A DNA stretch of 64,000 bases from NCBI GenBank assembly GCA_040954595.2, contig CM082583.2, forward strand, positions 13,058,987 through 13,122,986, given 5' to 3'. This document shows positions 51,664-64,000 of the stretch, piece after piece; position 1 is the first letter of the stretch, and every line of letters starts with the position of its first letter. The DNA comes from Balanoglossus misakiensis. Taxonomy: Eukaryota; Animalia; Hemichordata. The translations under genes were made by a program, and so were the position numbers. Below the pieces are notes generated by a model. That model did not search any database. It had not been told where the DNA came from and was given only the letters and a program-made list of their open reading frames with translations.

Positions 51664-54600
51664 GTGATGTCATATTGCATCTTGTAATCCTCTTCCCGCG
51701 AACAGCCTCCGAGAAAAAAAGAGATTCACTTTGCAAATAAGATTAACTGTATCATTTTTCGAGTTATTTGCATAAAGAAGACAACAACACACATGGCTCA
51801 GACAATGCCAATGGGAGACAGCGCGACGTGCGCCTGAAAAGCTTTCATGACTTGACAAATATTCAAACAAAAACAGCAAAGATTAAACATAAATGAGGCA
51901 AATTATCATCAATCATTTAGATTATGACTTTTCCACTCAAGCAGCGCTGTGTTGGCAAGCCTTCCGGTAATGACCGCACAACTTCGTCAATATCCAGTGT
52001 GTTGCTGTTACAGTAATTGAAATACATTCGCATTGTTCCAGATCATACTTTGTATGCAACAGCATAGATTATCCGTGTTAAATATAATGTTATGTTATAT
52101 ATCGCATACATACACTTTTGCCAAGAATACGCCAAGTTAGTATTCCATTTAAAACAGAAGGGAAAAAATTAAACTTGCTCTAATCTCTGCTGTGTATTTT
52201 AATAAGTCTCAAGAGAATCTGGTCCAGATATGTTGAACGCTATCTTGGAGCCATTGTGTCTCCACGTGTAGTTGTACACCCAAGTTGGTTAATTGACAAG
52301 TTTTTTTGCAATACCGTCATCTCCCGTCCCTTTAATTTATGTCAGTTAATAAATTCCAACAAATCAATAAAATAAACAACGAGACAGCTATCCGGTTCAT
52401 TATAAAGACATTTTGATTTATGAAAATTTTGTTCCATCTGTATGGGAAGGACGTTGCATCAAAACTTTATCTGATTTTTACCTAATGATGGCGTCATCCA
52501 TCATTTGACGTGAAAGATTTCCAACTTCTTGGCTGGCTGATGCGCTCGATTCGCCACGATTTCTGTTCGTTTTAATAACCATTTGATGTCTACAACCGGG
52601 GCCGTATTGTAATCTTCTTTGCAGCACATCAGTAAACCTCTGACCAGTCCAAACTAACAGTCATCTTTTGGCGTCGCTTAAAAAACCACCACTATAAAAT
52701 ATTTGCAGTAGCTAAAATCAATCGATAGATAAAATGATGAACCCACGCCTTCCGAGTTGAGTTCAAATTAGGAAAATGATAACATCGCATGTACTTATAT
52801 TGCGGTTCATCCATATTGTAATTATAAAGCTTTTCCCCGTGACAGCTTTTAAACAAGCCTTTGAATGGAAATACCAACAGCTTTAAAGTGTATGTAGGTA
52901 CTTAGCAGTTATTAATATATGTTTTTGATTCAGTCTAACATTAAATCGCTTCTCTGAATCGCCTTGTTCAAGAGTTCGACCACAATTCCGTGCGTCAATA
53001 TTGACACAAGTCACGTGACACATAAAAGCAGATACAAAGCACCATTTTCGTGTTCATAACTTTGCGTGTAACTTTGTCATCGATGTGCTGTTTGACAGTG
53101 AACCCGATCGAAATGTTAAGGGAAAAGAGAACATGTACGTGTACATATTGGATTTCTGCCCCTCTCTGTCTCTGTCTGTCTGTCTCTGTCTCTCTCTCTC
53201 TCAGGACACATTAAGTTTTCATTAGAATTTCTTCATTTGGATTTGCAATCTCCGTTTCTGCACTGATAAGCTGGTGCAGTGGAGTTGGCTGAAATACGAT
53301 ATAAAATCAGAAGTAACGGGATCTCCTTTCTGAAGTGTGCGGGTGATTACGGTGTGTCAGCACAGAGCTAACCAGGTTTTAAATATCGTGCCTAGGGAGC
53401 TTTCAAGATATTTTACACCATTTACAGGAGAATTTAAATATGGCAGTTCAATAGTACATCAAATCAGAAAGTTGAACTTCGTTCAGATCGTTTCCGTTTT
53501 AAGTGAGGGTTGGTTGTTTTCCAACTGATTTGGGTCTGCACATATTTGGCCTGACGAAACGGTTACGTCGTATAGTGTTTTTTTTCCTTCAATTTTGCTC
53601 ATACAACTGCAATGTCTTAGATCTGTGCCAACTTGCACTGGCTGTGAGATGACGTGGTATGCTGTATCGAGGTGTTAAGAAGGCGGTGAACGTTCTTGCT
53701 TCGGGTTGATTTTAAAAAGTAGAAAAAAGGGTAAAACGAAAAAGCACTATATAATAGCAACGACCGGTAAGATTCAGTTGAATGGGTTGCATTTATGTCT
53801 TAAAAGGAATCAACCCTTTCGTAATATTCTACATCCGACGGCTCTAGAAATTGTGTCCTTTTAACATCACTTGTTTGGGTTCGGATTCGTGATCTCGTCG
53901 TTTTGTTGTCCGGAATTTGAGAAGCAGTAATTGATGTGTACTCCGAAAAGGAGCATTCAATTTTGAAATCCGAAGGATCTGGAGCGGGTTGAGAAAACCA
54001 AAACGCCGCCAAAGATTGAGAACCAAGGTTGTATTATTACAGGTCAAATGAAACAGTGTTTAGTGTGACCATATATTGGAGATAGATTATTGGTTCGTAC
54101 AACAAATAAATCTTGACGGTGGTGTCTGCAAACTGATTGATGTTATATCACGCAGGATCGGTCTGGCTCTTAAGATCCAAAAGCTTTTTTAAACGAAGCA
54201 CTACACAGACAGTATCCGCGTTCACAAGCAAAGTGCTTCGCGCAAATGATAAAGTTCAGCCTTTTCGTCATATAAGGATAGACCGAGTTTTCATTTCGAC
54301 ATAAAATATGGCAACCGTGTGTTGGTAAGTCCGAGTGCAATGACGGAGATAGTGAACATGGTATAGGTGGGGGAAGGGGTTCCGAAGCAGGTATTAGTAA
54401 TTACTATTAAATGAATCTAACTTTACTTAAGTTGTATTCGAAACTTTGCAATTGTGAGGCTTTAACGCTTGTCTGTTTCGCCCCTGGTTAGTTGTATTAG
54501 GTATCCTTTGTGATCACCCGAGGTTGGAATGGGTATTGATGTTTCACTTCGAATATATAGTAGAGTATGTGATTTTATACGTGCGAATCAATTGGTAGAC

Positions 54601-56660
54601 CTGCGAGCAAGCGATGGATATTTATCTAATATGAAGTATTAATGACTTTTTTCGACCATATGTTCTGCTAGAGCCTTCTTTAATAAAGTTACACCGGGAT
54701 TTCGAGTTCTAGGGTCCCTCATTAGGGATCTAATGAGCATTTGTGTGACCTGGCAAGTGAGCAAGAACGTGTTCTTTATCCGCAAACCGTCACACATGCG
54801 TCGTTTGCTGGGTACACTCCGCTGAAGGATGTGCAGTATTATGGGCTAGTTAACTGAAGAAGCACATGATATGCAGTATTTTACCCAACTAATATGGAAG
54901 AGACCTGTACAAAGAGTGATCCTCCCGCAGGACAGCTTTGTAAATATACGACCTTTCCGTGACCCCCACTAATAGCAAATTGGGATAGCTGGGCAGAGAC
55001 AACCGAACTCAGTCTTTTTTTATTTATAAATATCTCGCTTGTTTCCCACACTCCTTGGATGCACCTCGGTATTTTAGAAGAAATTGCGTCCAGTGAAAGA
55101 TGTGGAGATCAAGTTGTTCAACGTCGCGTCAAGGTTGACGGACGTACTTTCTTCTCGAATTCCAAACACCAGACCCTTGACATTGAAGAAGAATAGATAA
55201 ACTCCAAGAAATGTGACTTGGATGGCCTGCGTGTATGCAAATCGAAAATGATCGCCTCCGGGGTGCCTGGATTTATTAGGGATTTGCGTTTCAATGGAGA
55301 CCTGATGTACATTTCCTCGGAAACGCACTATTATCTCACACTAAAACGGCCTGCGGTAAAACAAAGGCAATTCCCGTCCTTCTCGGAGAGTCTAGTATAA
55401 GTAAACTTAATTACATTAGTGGTCACGTCGTGTCATAAAAATAAGATGCTTCTTCTCCTTTGATGGACTACAGGTGAACGGCGGGGAGTGTAGGTTGGTA
55501 AGCGGAGTGGGCGAGTTCGCACAAGAACAAACGATGATCTCGATCGTCGACTGCATGATATCTGCTAGATAAAAATGTACCCACGTCTTCGAGTTGTGAA
55601 AATTACGAATAAAAGGATTTTGACGATACCGTTTTCAAATGTTTTTAGACAAGGTCACTGTAAACTTGGTTCAAGGTTCCAATGCGTGAATCATCATTTG
55701 CAAAACCATTTGGTGGACACAAACTTCGAGAGTAAACGCGGTCCAGCTGAGTTACTCGGGATTTGTTTGATTTATCGCCCGTGTCGCATTATTTCTTATA
55801 AGAAATTCGTTTTAGAGGACAAGAGAATGAGAGGAGGGGATCGTAACATTTGTTACTTTATAATAGGCACTACCACTAGGCCTACCAGAAAGTGCTATAG
55901 GGTACACTATAAATACATTTCAAGGAAAACGTGATTTTAGCGCAGAAAAACAATTGTTCCTAATTACAGAGAAAGGAAGGGAGAATGTAGCAGAAGCCTT
56001 CTAAGTTGAAGGGATGGCTTCCAGAAAGATGACTTTACGCGTTACAATTTTTTAAAACACTGATGTGCTATGTGAACCTCACATCACTAGCTCAGTCGTA
56101 ATTGATATTCATTCGCCAGCGAATGTAAAGTGTTGTTTCCTCGTTTTTTTCATGTTCAGCGTTTCAAATTTGTTAAATGACAAAAAATGTGTGATTATCA
56201 TCCACAGTAAAATCCATATTATCACCATTTAACCATCCGCAATATATTTTAAATAAACAAAGGTGAACTATATATGTTGCCCTTTGACACGCGGAGGGGT
56301 ACTTGTGAATAGCTAGGTGTTGCAGAGTTTACTTCCGGGAACGATTTCACAACCTCGAGCAACACTGCTCTGTGGGTTCAAAGGTTGGAATTTCGTAGTT
56401 GTTGATATTTTTGGCGTTTAAGATTTCGCAATTTCGGTCGAGTGAGTTGGGTATAAAAACAGCTGAAGGTTCTCTGTGCCGCTAATCAAATTGTAGTATA
56501 GTTGCCGTCCGTTGCGCATCCCACTGCACAACTGGTCGAAGTTCACAACTTGAGTCAAACCAAGGTCAGTACACAACCAACCAGTCCATTGACCCACCAT
56601 CCCCATCACTGCATGTTCTGTAGTTCACAAGTTGAAAGTCTTGCAACTGTTCAGCCAAAC

Positions 56661-59600
56661 ATGTTGGAGTCCTCACCTTCAGAACATAATGGAAAACGCA
56701 AGGTAGGTGTCTGTAAATACTTTGCGTCGGGGAAGCACTGCAGTTTTGGAGACCGTTGCAAATGGAAACACAGCACAGAAGATCCAGAGCACGTTTCCAA
56801 AAGCGCAGCAGTTTCGCATAAAGACATTTCACGAAAAAGGCCAAACAAAACGCCCAGCGCCGATCAAAACGCAACTGCTGATACTTCAAGGCCACCAAAA
56901 GTTTGCAGTTTCTTCAAAAAACATGGTCGCTGTCGTTTTGGAGCTGGGTGCAGATACTTGCACAGTGTCCCAGAAGAAAATGGCCAGAAATCTCTGCCCG
57001 AAAGAAAGAGCGTAGAAGTTGAGTCGGATGAAATTATGATCAATAAGTCCAGCGAAGGAAGCCCCGAAGGCTCCTCAAAAAAGAGGTCTGATATAAACCC
57101 GGAAGCAGCTTCTGAAAACAGACAATCTACTGTCAGTACTGTGGATGGTGTCAAAGACTCTCAAAATAGTGGTCCAAAAGATAAAAAGGATGGCCAAGTT
57201 TCCAAACGTCAACAACAAAGGAGACTTTGTCGGTACTTTAAAGTGGGCAAATGCACCATGGGCGACAGATGCAGATTCCGTCACCCAAGTGAGTTTGCAG
57301 ATTTGAGAGGAGATGAAATCAGCCGTCAGGAGGCCACCAGATCCGACACAAGGCGTAGACCGGCTTTCTCACTGCCAACCAAAACACTCAGTCAGATATC
57401 AGATGAAGAAAGGAAGAAGTTGAGAGAAACTGAAGTTCAACAACTGCAGAAAAGATTTACCCAAGACAGAATTCATATCAATGAAGAGAACACGCCCACC
57501 ATCTATAGGGTTGTATTTTCACCTACTGATCCAGACTGGGTAAGTGGATTTCCCAGGACAAAAATGTTACAAACTATGAGTTTTGATTAAGAATGAATAG
57601 TACCCATTAATTTCGCACACCATGTACTATAAGCTTGTACACTAACTTGTGGAACTTTGTGTGAATTCTATCTAGCCGTTTGATGTGATGGACTTTGAAA
57701 TGGAAATCACCTTTCCAGAAGACTATCCCAAAGAAAAATTTGATGTGGTTTTCCCGGCTGATCAAAATTTGCCAGAGATTGTTACAAGGTAAGATTCTCT
57801 CATATAAAGTTTTAAAATGTAGATAGCTGCAATCATTGCTCATCTAACTGTTCATCAATATTTCATTCAGCGGGAATAGTTCTGGCGGGCAGTGCAAATA
57901 ACACCTGCCCGCTTGCTGTGGTGGCACAGAAGTTTAGTTATAGAAATGCAACCACTTGCATCACATCAAGAAAAATTGAGACCTGCAGCTAAACATGATG
58001 TACAAATGTTTCTCCACGTGAACAAGATGTCTGTCTGGGAAATGTAATGAGAGGGATCATGATCTCAGCATTCAAATACGACTTGATCAGTAAGATAATC
58101 ATAATTTGAAAATTAAAAAATGATCATTATCTTCTTCCTGGAAGACATTGCGTAATTGTTCGCGAGACGAGTCATCCCCAGGGTGTTTGTTAAGGATGAA
58201 AAATCTGTATCTTGATATTCAAACTTTGTTCAAGTTACAGGTCGTTTGGGGGTTTCTTTTCCAGACATTCTGCTAATGCCTACCCCAGCCACACAAAGCT
58301 GGTTTCTCAATTCAGAGTATTCTCATAGTGCTTTTAATTCAGGTTACATGTGTTTGTAGCATATCCCTCACAAAGCCTGTTTTTGAACTGTAGGACTGGG
58401 GCCACTTGTGTGTATTTGATTAAAGAAAAAGAAATGGGAAGTTTGCCTTCGGGGAAGGTTTAATCAAAAACCTACGATTTTCATCGGAGTTCTTATACAC
58501 CTGCCATTTTTTGCTTCCGTTAACTTTTCAGACACCTCAACAAAATGGCAACTGAGAGGGTGACAGAGATGCACACGGCTAACGTCAAGCAAGACAAGGC
58601 TGTTCTCATCTTCCGTCCATTCCTCAAATGGTTGGATAAAAACCTGGAAGAGATCTTCACTGAAGGTGCAAGAAAAGTGAGTATCTCGTGTCACATTAGA
58701 CAGATCTTTGCCATACTGCAGCCTGGACAAAAACGCTGCTTTCATATAGTGACACTGAGTCTCTTTCATCTGTAGCCTGCCCTCAGTGCTGGTTGGTATA
58801 CATCCACAACTTACTGGAACCTCTACTGCTTATCTAAAAGGAGATGAATGAAATGATTATATTCAATGCATGTCCACAATTTGCCATGTCATGAAAAGTA
58901 CCAAGATTCATTGAAACTACATCATGACACAATTCCCTTATTTTTTCATATATTTTCTTTAGTATAAAATGGAAGTTGTTGCCAAAGCAGCCGGGTTTGA
59001 GTTCATTCCGGCTGAGGAACTCCGTAGTCGTCAAGCTGCGAGGCAAAGTGATGAAGGGGAGGGGTCGTGTGGCGATGAGGGTGCCGCAGAAGAGGAAGGC
59101 AATGTGGCAGAGCCTGCAGCTTCTGATGAAGATGGGGAGACAGAAGAAACGGCGCTGCCAAGCAAAAGCTATGAGATGGACGGCAGTCTGAGTAAAAATG
59201 AGAGGAGTGAGGCTCGGGGGACAGAAATCCGACTGAGAGGGCTAGAGCTGACAGGAGACGCGGCCACTCTGCATTGTTACAAAGTGTTTCTGAGCATTCA
59301 GTGCAACAAATGCAAAGCCAAGTCAGACGTGAAAACAACACCAGGACGTGTCAACTCTGTCACATGTTCGCGCTGTGCAAATCAACAGTTAGTGGCATAC
59401 CGGTCCAAGCTGATGCATCAGTACTCATCTGTGGTGGGCTATCTGGATCTACAGGGATGTGTCCCCTTTGACCTGATCGTTTTTGACTCAGAATTTAATG
59501 TGGGGTGCTTGGAATGTTCAAAAGAAATGAATTTTAAGGTAAGTCAGCATGGCGGCTGTCCTAATAGTCTGAGCTTCAACTCTATCCACCCCATTCTTGC

Positions 59601-61551
59601 GTTTATATGGGTCCAAGCAAACTCTGTCTTCAAACCAAATCTAAAAGTTTCATGTTGATATTGTATGCCTGCAGGGTCTGCAGTTTGGACAGCCAAAGGA
59701 TATGTGGTGTAAACACTGTCACAAGAAGATGAAGATTGTGGCCCAGTCAGTCAGGTTCATGAGATTTGAACCATCAGAACCTGTAGGTAAATATCCCCAT
59801 CTCTCAATGTGAAGAGAGATGCACTTTATGTATCGAGTCTGGTCCATATTGTGCCAGTAATGGTGTAATTGTGCAGTATGAAAGATAAAAAAGGAATAAC
59901 ACTTGTTTTTTGGGAGGAAACACTTACAGTGTGACATTTGATATTTTGTATTCAGTGTCTGGGAAGGTGCATGTTGTTGAGGTGAAGAAAGGCAAGAAGG
60001 TGATGAAGGATCCGGCCATTCAGGAAGGCAAACCTCTGCCAGATTTTGGAACGTGCAAACACTACAAGAAAAGCTTCAGGTGGCTGAGGTGGGTTGCTAT
60101 GGAAACTGTATATTGTATGTGTTAATAGAATGACTGGGTACCGTCTAAAAATAGAAATATAAAAGATGCTTGCATGTGTGACAAATACTTGAAAGACATT
60201 GCCACCATGTTATTTTGTCAAACTGATAAGGCCACATGTGTTTTAGTTCTTTTTAAAGATTTCATAATTGACCTGAATCATGCTTCCAACAATGTCCTTT
60301 TCCCGTAGATTTCCCTGCTGTGGAAAAACCTTTCCCTGTGATGTGTGCCACGATGCAGAAGAGGATCACGAATTCAAGTTTGCCAACCGAATGCTCTGTG
60401 GTCACTGTGCCAAAGAACAGGTAGGCATTAATCCTTGCAACTATTCTAGTTTCATACAAATTGAGCAAATTTAGATCCAGCTTGTGTGTATTTTAAATTT
60501 GATGCATTTAAAGAGTTTTGAACCTGCGGATAATTTCAGTGACATTGTAACCCTGCAGTGGTTGTAGTGAAATTGTGACCTCAAGATGATTGCTGTAAAA
60601 TTAGGCCTCCTAGGATGATTGCATCGAAATTATTCTCCCTTGGGTGATTTGTGTGAACATGTGCCTCTGCAGTGCTAGTTGTAGAGAAATTATGTTTCTG
60701 CTGTCCTGAAACCATCGTTTGTGTATTAGTCTGATAGAGATACCCTTCAGATATAACTCTGATATACTTAAAAATATAATTCTGAAGAATTTAGTGTTCC
60801 TTGCTACGTAAACATCATTCATGGTTTTTCAGACCTCTCAGACCTAGCAAGTGAGTTTACAATTCAACGCTATGTTTTCTATTTGCAGCCATATGCAGCA
60901 GACAGACCATGCATCAGCTGTGACTCTTCCATGACAAAGTCGAAGACCGCACATTGGGAAGGTGGACAGGGATGTCGGAACAAGACCACAATGAGCAAGT
61001 GAGTGTTGTTGCGCAGTCCTTGCAAGAATCTTTGTCGTCTTGCCGCGACAGTCTGGGTTTCTGTGGCAGTGATGCTGCCAAGTAACGAGTTCTCATTCAG
61101 AGAGTAGCTTCATTCAAACTTCCTTAAAATTACCTTTCTCGTACAAACTATTCCTTTATTCATGGTCTTCTGAGGTAAAACCTCATCATTTATAAAAACA
61201 CCAAACCAAGAAACATTATGTGTTTACAAGGTCAGGAAGTGTATGGCAACTTCCTGTCTTTAATTAGCTTGGTGTCAGCTTTTTATAGCTCACTTTTAAA
61301 TAGTGCAACTCAAAAATTGGTAATTGGAAATTCAGCTAATTATCAAACTGAACTTATGTTCTCAAAAACTGCCTTTTAAAATTATAATTATTACAGTTTA
61401 AACAAACTAGCCCTTGACGGTACAATTATATGTGTGAATTTTCTTTCTTTTTTTGTGAATTCACAGGGGTGATAAACACAAATACAGCAGTAGCAGCAAG
61501 ACAGTCTCCAGAAAACAACAAACAAAGCAACAGCCAACCAAGAAGAAGTAG
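56661..61551 (+). CDS. 3x CCCH zinc finger + RWD-like + Zn-ribbon + CHY zinc finger protein (resembles the S. pombe C18H10.09-like family), ~9 coding exons
   Basis: Three C-x7/8-C-x5-C-x3-H fingers (VCKYFASGKHCSFGDRCKWKH; VCSFFKKHGRCRFGAGCRYLH; LCRYFKVGKCTMGDRCRFRH). SPTDPDW|PFDV...ITFPEDYP, FRPFLKWLDKNLE, CxxC pairs (CNKC, CSRC, CLEC, CKHC). CHY: GTCKHYKKSFRWLR|FPCCGKTFPCDVCHD...MLCGHC. HWEGGQGCR; ends ...QPTKKK* (TAG 61549-61551). Start ATG (56661 versus 56613) is uncertain. Confidence 0.85.
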
Positions 61552-62370
61552 AATCTGCATCATGTGAGGTCAGAAAAATGTTTAAAATGGCGACGTCCTC
61601 CACAGCATTCACCTGTGCCATCAGATTATCCGAGTGTTATTTTGATGTCCTGATAATAGACGCTGATGTGTTTGCTGGCTGCCATGATTGGGAACAGAGA
61701 TATAATGTGATTGAAGAGGAGGGGGGGGGGGTGTACTCTCTCAAAGTTTGTTCAGTCACAAACGTGTGCTATGAAAAACTCTTATGGTGCCCTGAATATT
61801 CAAAACAAATACAGTTGATGAAATGATGCGTTAAGATCATTCACTGCCAACACGCAAGAGGAGTGTGTTCCTTTAATCCTTGGCACCCTGACCCCATGGT
61901 GACCTTTGACATCATATATGGAAGTTCTTCCAAGCTGGGTTCAAAGGGTTCGAAGAAGATGGGTCAGGTATACTTCTATTTTGGCGGTTGATATCTTGAA
62001 TGTTCCACTTTTAGTTGATGTCAGATCAATCATTAACAGAGAAGAATTTAGTTTATATTCATAAAAAATCATGGATTTATTGCACTCATGTCAGTGAAAT
62101 TCTTCATCAAAGATTGGTGGTGAATATATGCAATAAAATGTGCTGAAAAATAAATACCAATTTTGTTTACACATGTCAAGACAGACACATCATTGCTTCT
62201 TCAACAGGGAGGCTCGAAAATATTAAGCAACATGAATTCATCACTCTCAACCGACGAACCAATCAAGTTGATCATATGTCACATGATCATATTATAAATC
62301 TTAATCATCATCGGCACTGAACAGATTGTTTATGTCATGGCGACCTTCACTTAGGGAAATATAGGCGAGG

Positions 62371-62634
62371 AAATACCCGGATGAACAGAGTTTGGTTGCT
62401 GAAAGATTGATTCTGGCAGGGAGGAGACGTGGACCATGTATATACTACAAAAATTCATGCTCTCCAGGTTCACCATAAATTGGAAATCGAACACGACGAA
62501 TTAATCTCTGGCGGAATTGTATATTTGATAAAAAATACAATTATTTGATAGGAATTTATTTTGTTAAAAATCTCCGATGAAGTTTATGTCAGTAAAGTCA
62601 TCTTCACAGACAAGGTCCATTCATCCGGGTATTT
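62371..62634. mobile_element. Possible MITE: 15-bp perfect inverted repeats around ~235 bp of non-coding DNA
   Basis: AAATACCCGGATGAA (62371-62385) and TTCATCCGGGTATTT (62620-62634). No clear target-site duplication. Confidence 0.35.
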
Positions 62635-62669
62635 TTCAAGACAATCAGCGCGCGTGCATTCCATCTTTT

Positions 62670-62750
62670 TTTATTGGAATCACGTCAAAATAACAATACA
62701 GTTGACTGGATTGGGGTCACGTGACGTCAAATGCCAACGTCTGATTGGAC
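62670..62750. promoter_or_regulatory. Promoter-like motif cluster with no identified gene
   Basis: Three ATTGG (CCAAT) boxes around GGTCACGTGACGTCA (overlapping E-box and CRE). Confidence 0.35.
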
Positions 62751-64000
62751 ACCATATGGCATTCAATTTGTCTGAGATGTAGGTGCATTTGTATGCAAAA
62801 TAATCAACTGTCTGTGTTTTTTTTTCTTCTATCAAAATGGCACCCCAGCTGCTCAAAAATTAATTTAAAAAACGACCCCAGGCATTCTGCTTGGGAGGAG
62901 GTTCGTCAGTACAAAGCTCCGATAGGTCTCCAAGTCGGCTTTTGTGAGAAAATCGTGTACGACGGACTTGTATTTTAAGCTACCGAGTCGGTAAAAGGAA
63001 TCCACTACAGATATTGGCGAGCCGACATAAATGTCAAAATCTGACGATTTATGTCTTCACTGCAGATTTTCAATAATGACTGATAAAGATGAAACAAGAT
63101 ACACTATCACTGATTACGCTCGGTAGCAAATCTGCATCTCGAAATAACAATACCAAAAGAGCAAACATCTCGTTTTCCGAGATTTCATTCACATGTATTA
63201 CTTTCTATGTCATCCAAGACTTGCAAAGACGAATACAAAAATGAGGACTCGCTTTCATTGCAATAAAAAACTGCTCAAGGGTTTCAATAGATAGAAGCTA
63301 CGTCTTGTCAAAATGGCGTCGATGCCTGCGGTTTCAATTTCATCGATGTTTTAAGCGTCTCGTTTTTCCCATGTATTTTGACCACCAAACACTGATATCA
63401 CATTGGTTCAGTGCTAACTCCCAGGTGAATATACTTGCATGATATTATCGAAATTTGTAACCGCCCGGTTCATCTTCAAACTCCGCCTATCGAACTCGTC
63501 AAGTGCTAAAATGTGTCGGAAGTAAATTTCGGAAAATCATTTTTTAGCGCGACCATTCACTTATCAATGCAAACCAATATGTCGACACTGATAAAAAAAG
63601 TGATCTCATCGTCAAGGCGAATGGGCTGTCATGCAGGTACATGTAGTCGTTAGAGGGAAACTCGTGAGGTAAAAGGTAATACCCATCTCCTTGCGTGCAT
63701 TTTTCTCTTAATTTCTGCTTAAAGTAACACCGTAAGCTTACATGTTCTCGACTTGGTCTCCCAACTCCTCTACCACGAACTGTCACATGGTGGCGTACAT
63801 ACGTCTACCTAAAACTGTCCATCTTTCGAGCAGGTTATGTCGTTGGACATTTATATTGCGTCAATTCACAGAAGATGTGCGTCAATGTTATTTTGTGACG
63901 TCACCGGCGGCGTCCTAATCAACTGTAACAATGGAAGTTGTTAGCTATTCATAAATGTATGATTTGATGTTTTGTGAGATGTCACTTTTCCATCCATCCA

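Noticed and set aside
53200-55400. Scattered splice-like sites, a GTATCCTTT at 54501 and short ORFs
   Set aside because: No open, phase-consistent exon chain and no matching U12 branch site; a lncRNA cannot be excluded.
1-64000. CRISPR arrays, tRNA/rRNA, operons, transposase or reverse transcriptase genes, in-frame Sec codons
   Set aside because: None seen. The DNA is eukaryotic and the threaded exons contain no internal stop codons.

Overview
Eukaryotic, intron-rich animal DNA. The vertebrate-like proteins and short introns suggest an invertebrate deuterostome, but the species cannot be fixed from sequence alone. Five multi-exon genes were threaded by hand with phase-consistent splice sites: an LRRK1-like ROCO kinase (minus, ~23 exons) head-to-head with FAN1 (plus, 14 exons); GATAD2/p66 (minus); MAU2 (minus); and a 3xCCCH + RWD-like + Zn-ribbon + CHY protein (plus). 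Two unassigned candidates are also present: a 3-exon helical protein head-to-head with MAU2, and a 526-aa disordered ORF in a gene-poor ~17 kb stretch. Notable fine structure: an 18-nt MAU2 micro-exon followed by a U12 intron with tandem acceptors; a GC-AG intron; an in-frame uORF whose TAG abuts the LRRK ATG; stop-free 3n introns; and the human MAU2->GATAD2A gene order. No RNA genes, CRISPR arrays or autonomous transposons were recognised. I cannot demonstrate a new biological system; the best leads are the two orphan genes, the CCCH-CHY protein and the translation/splicing control elements.
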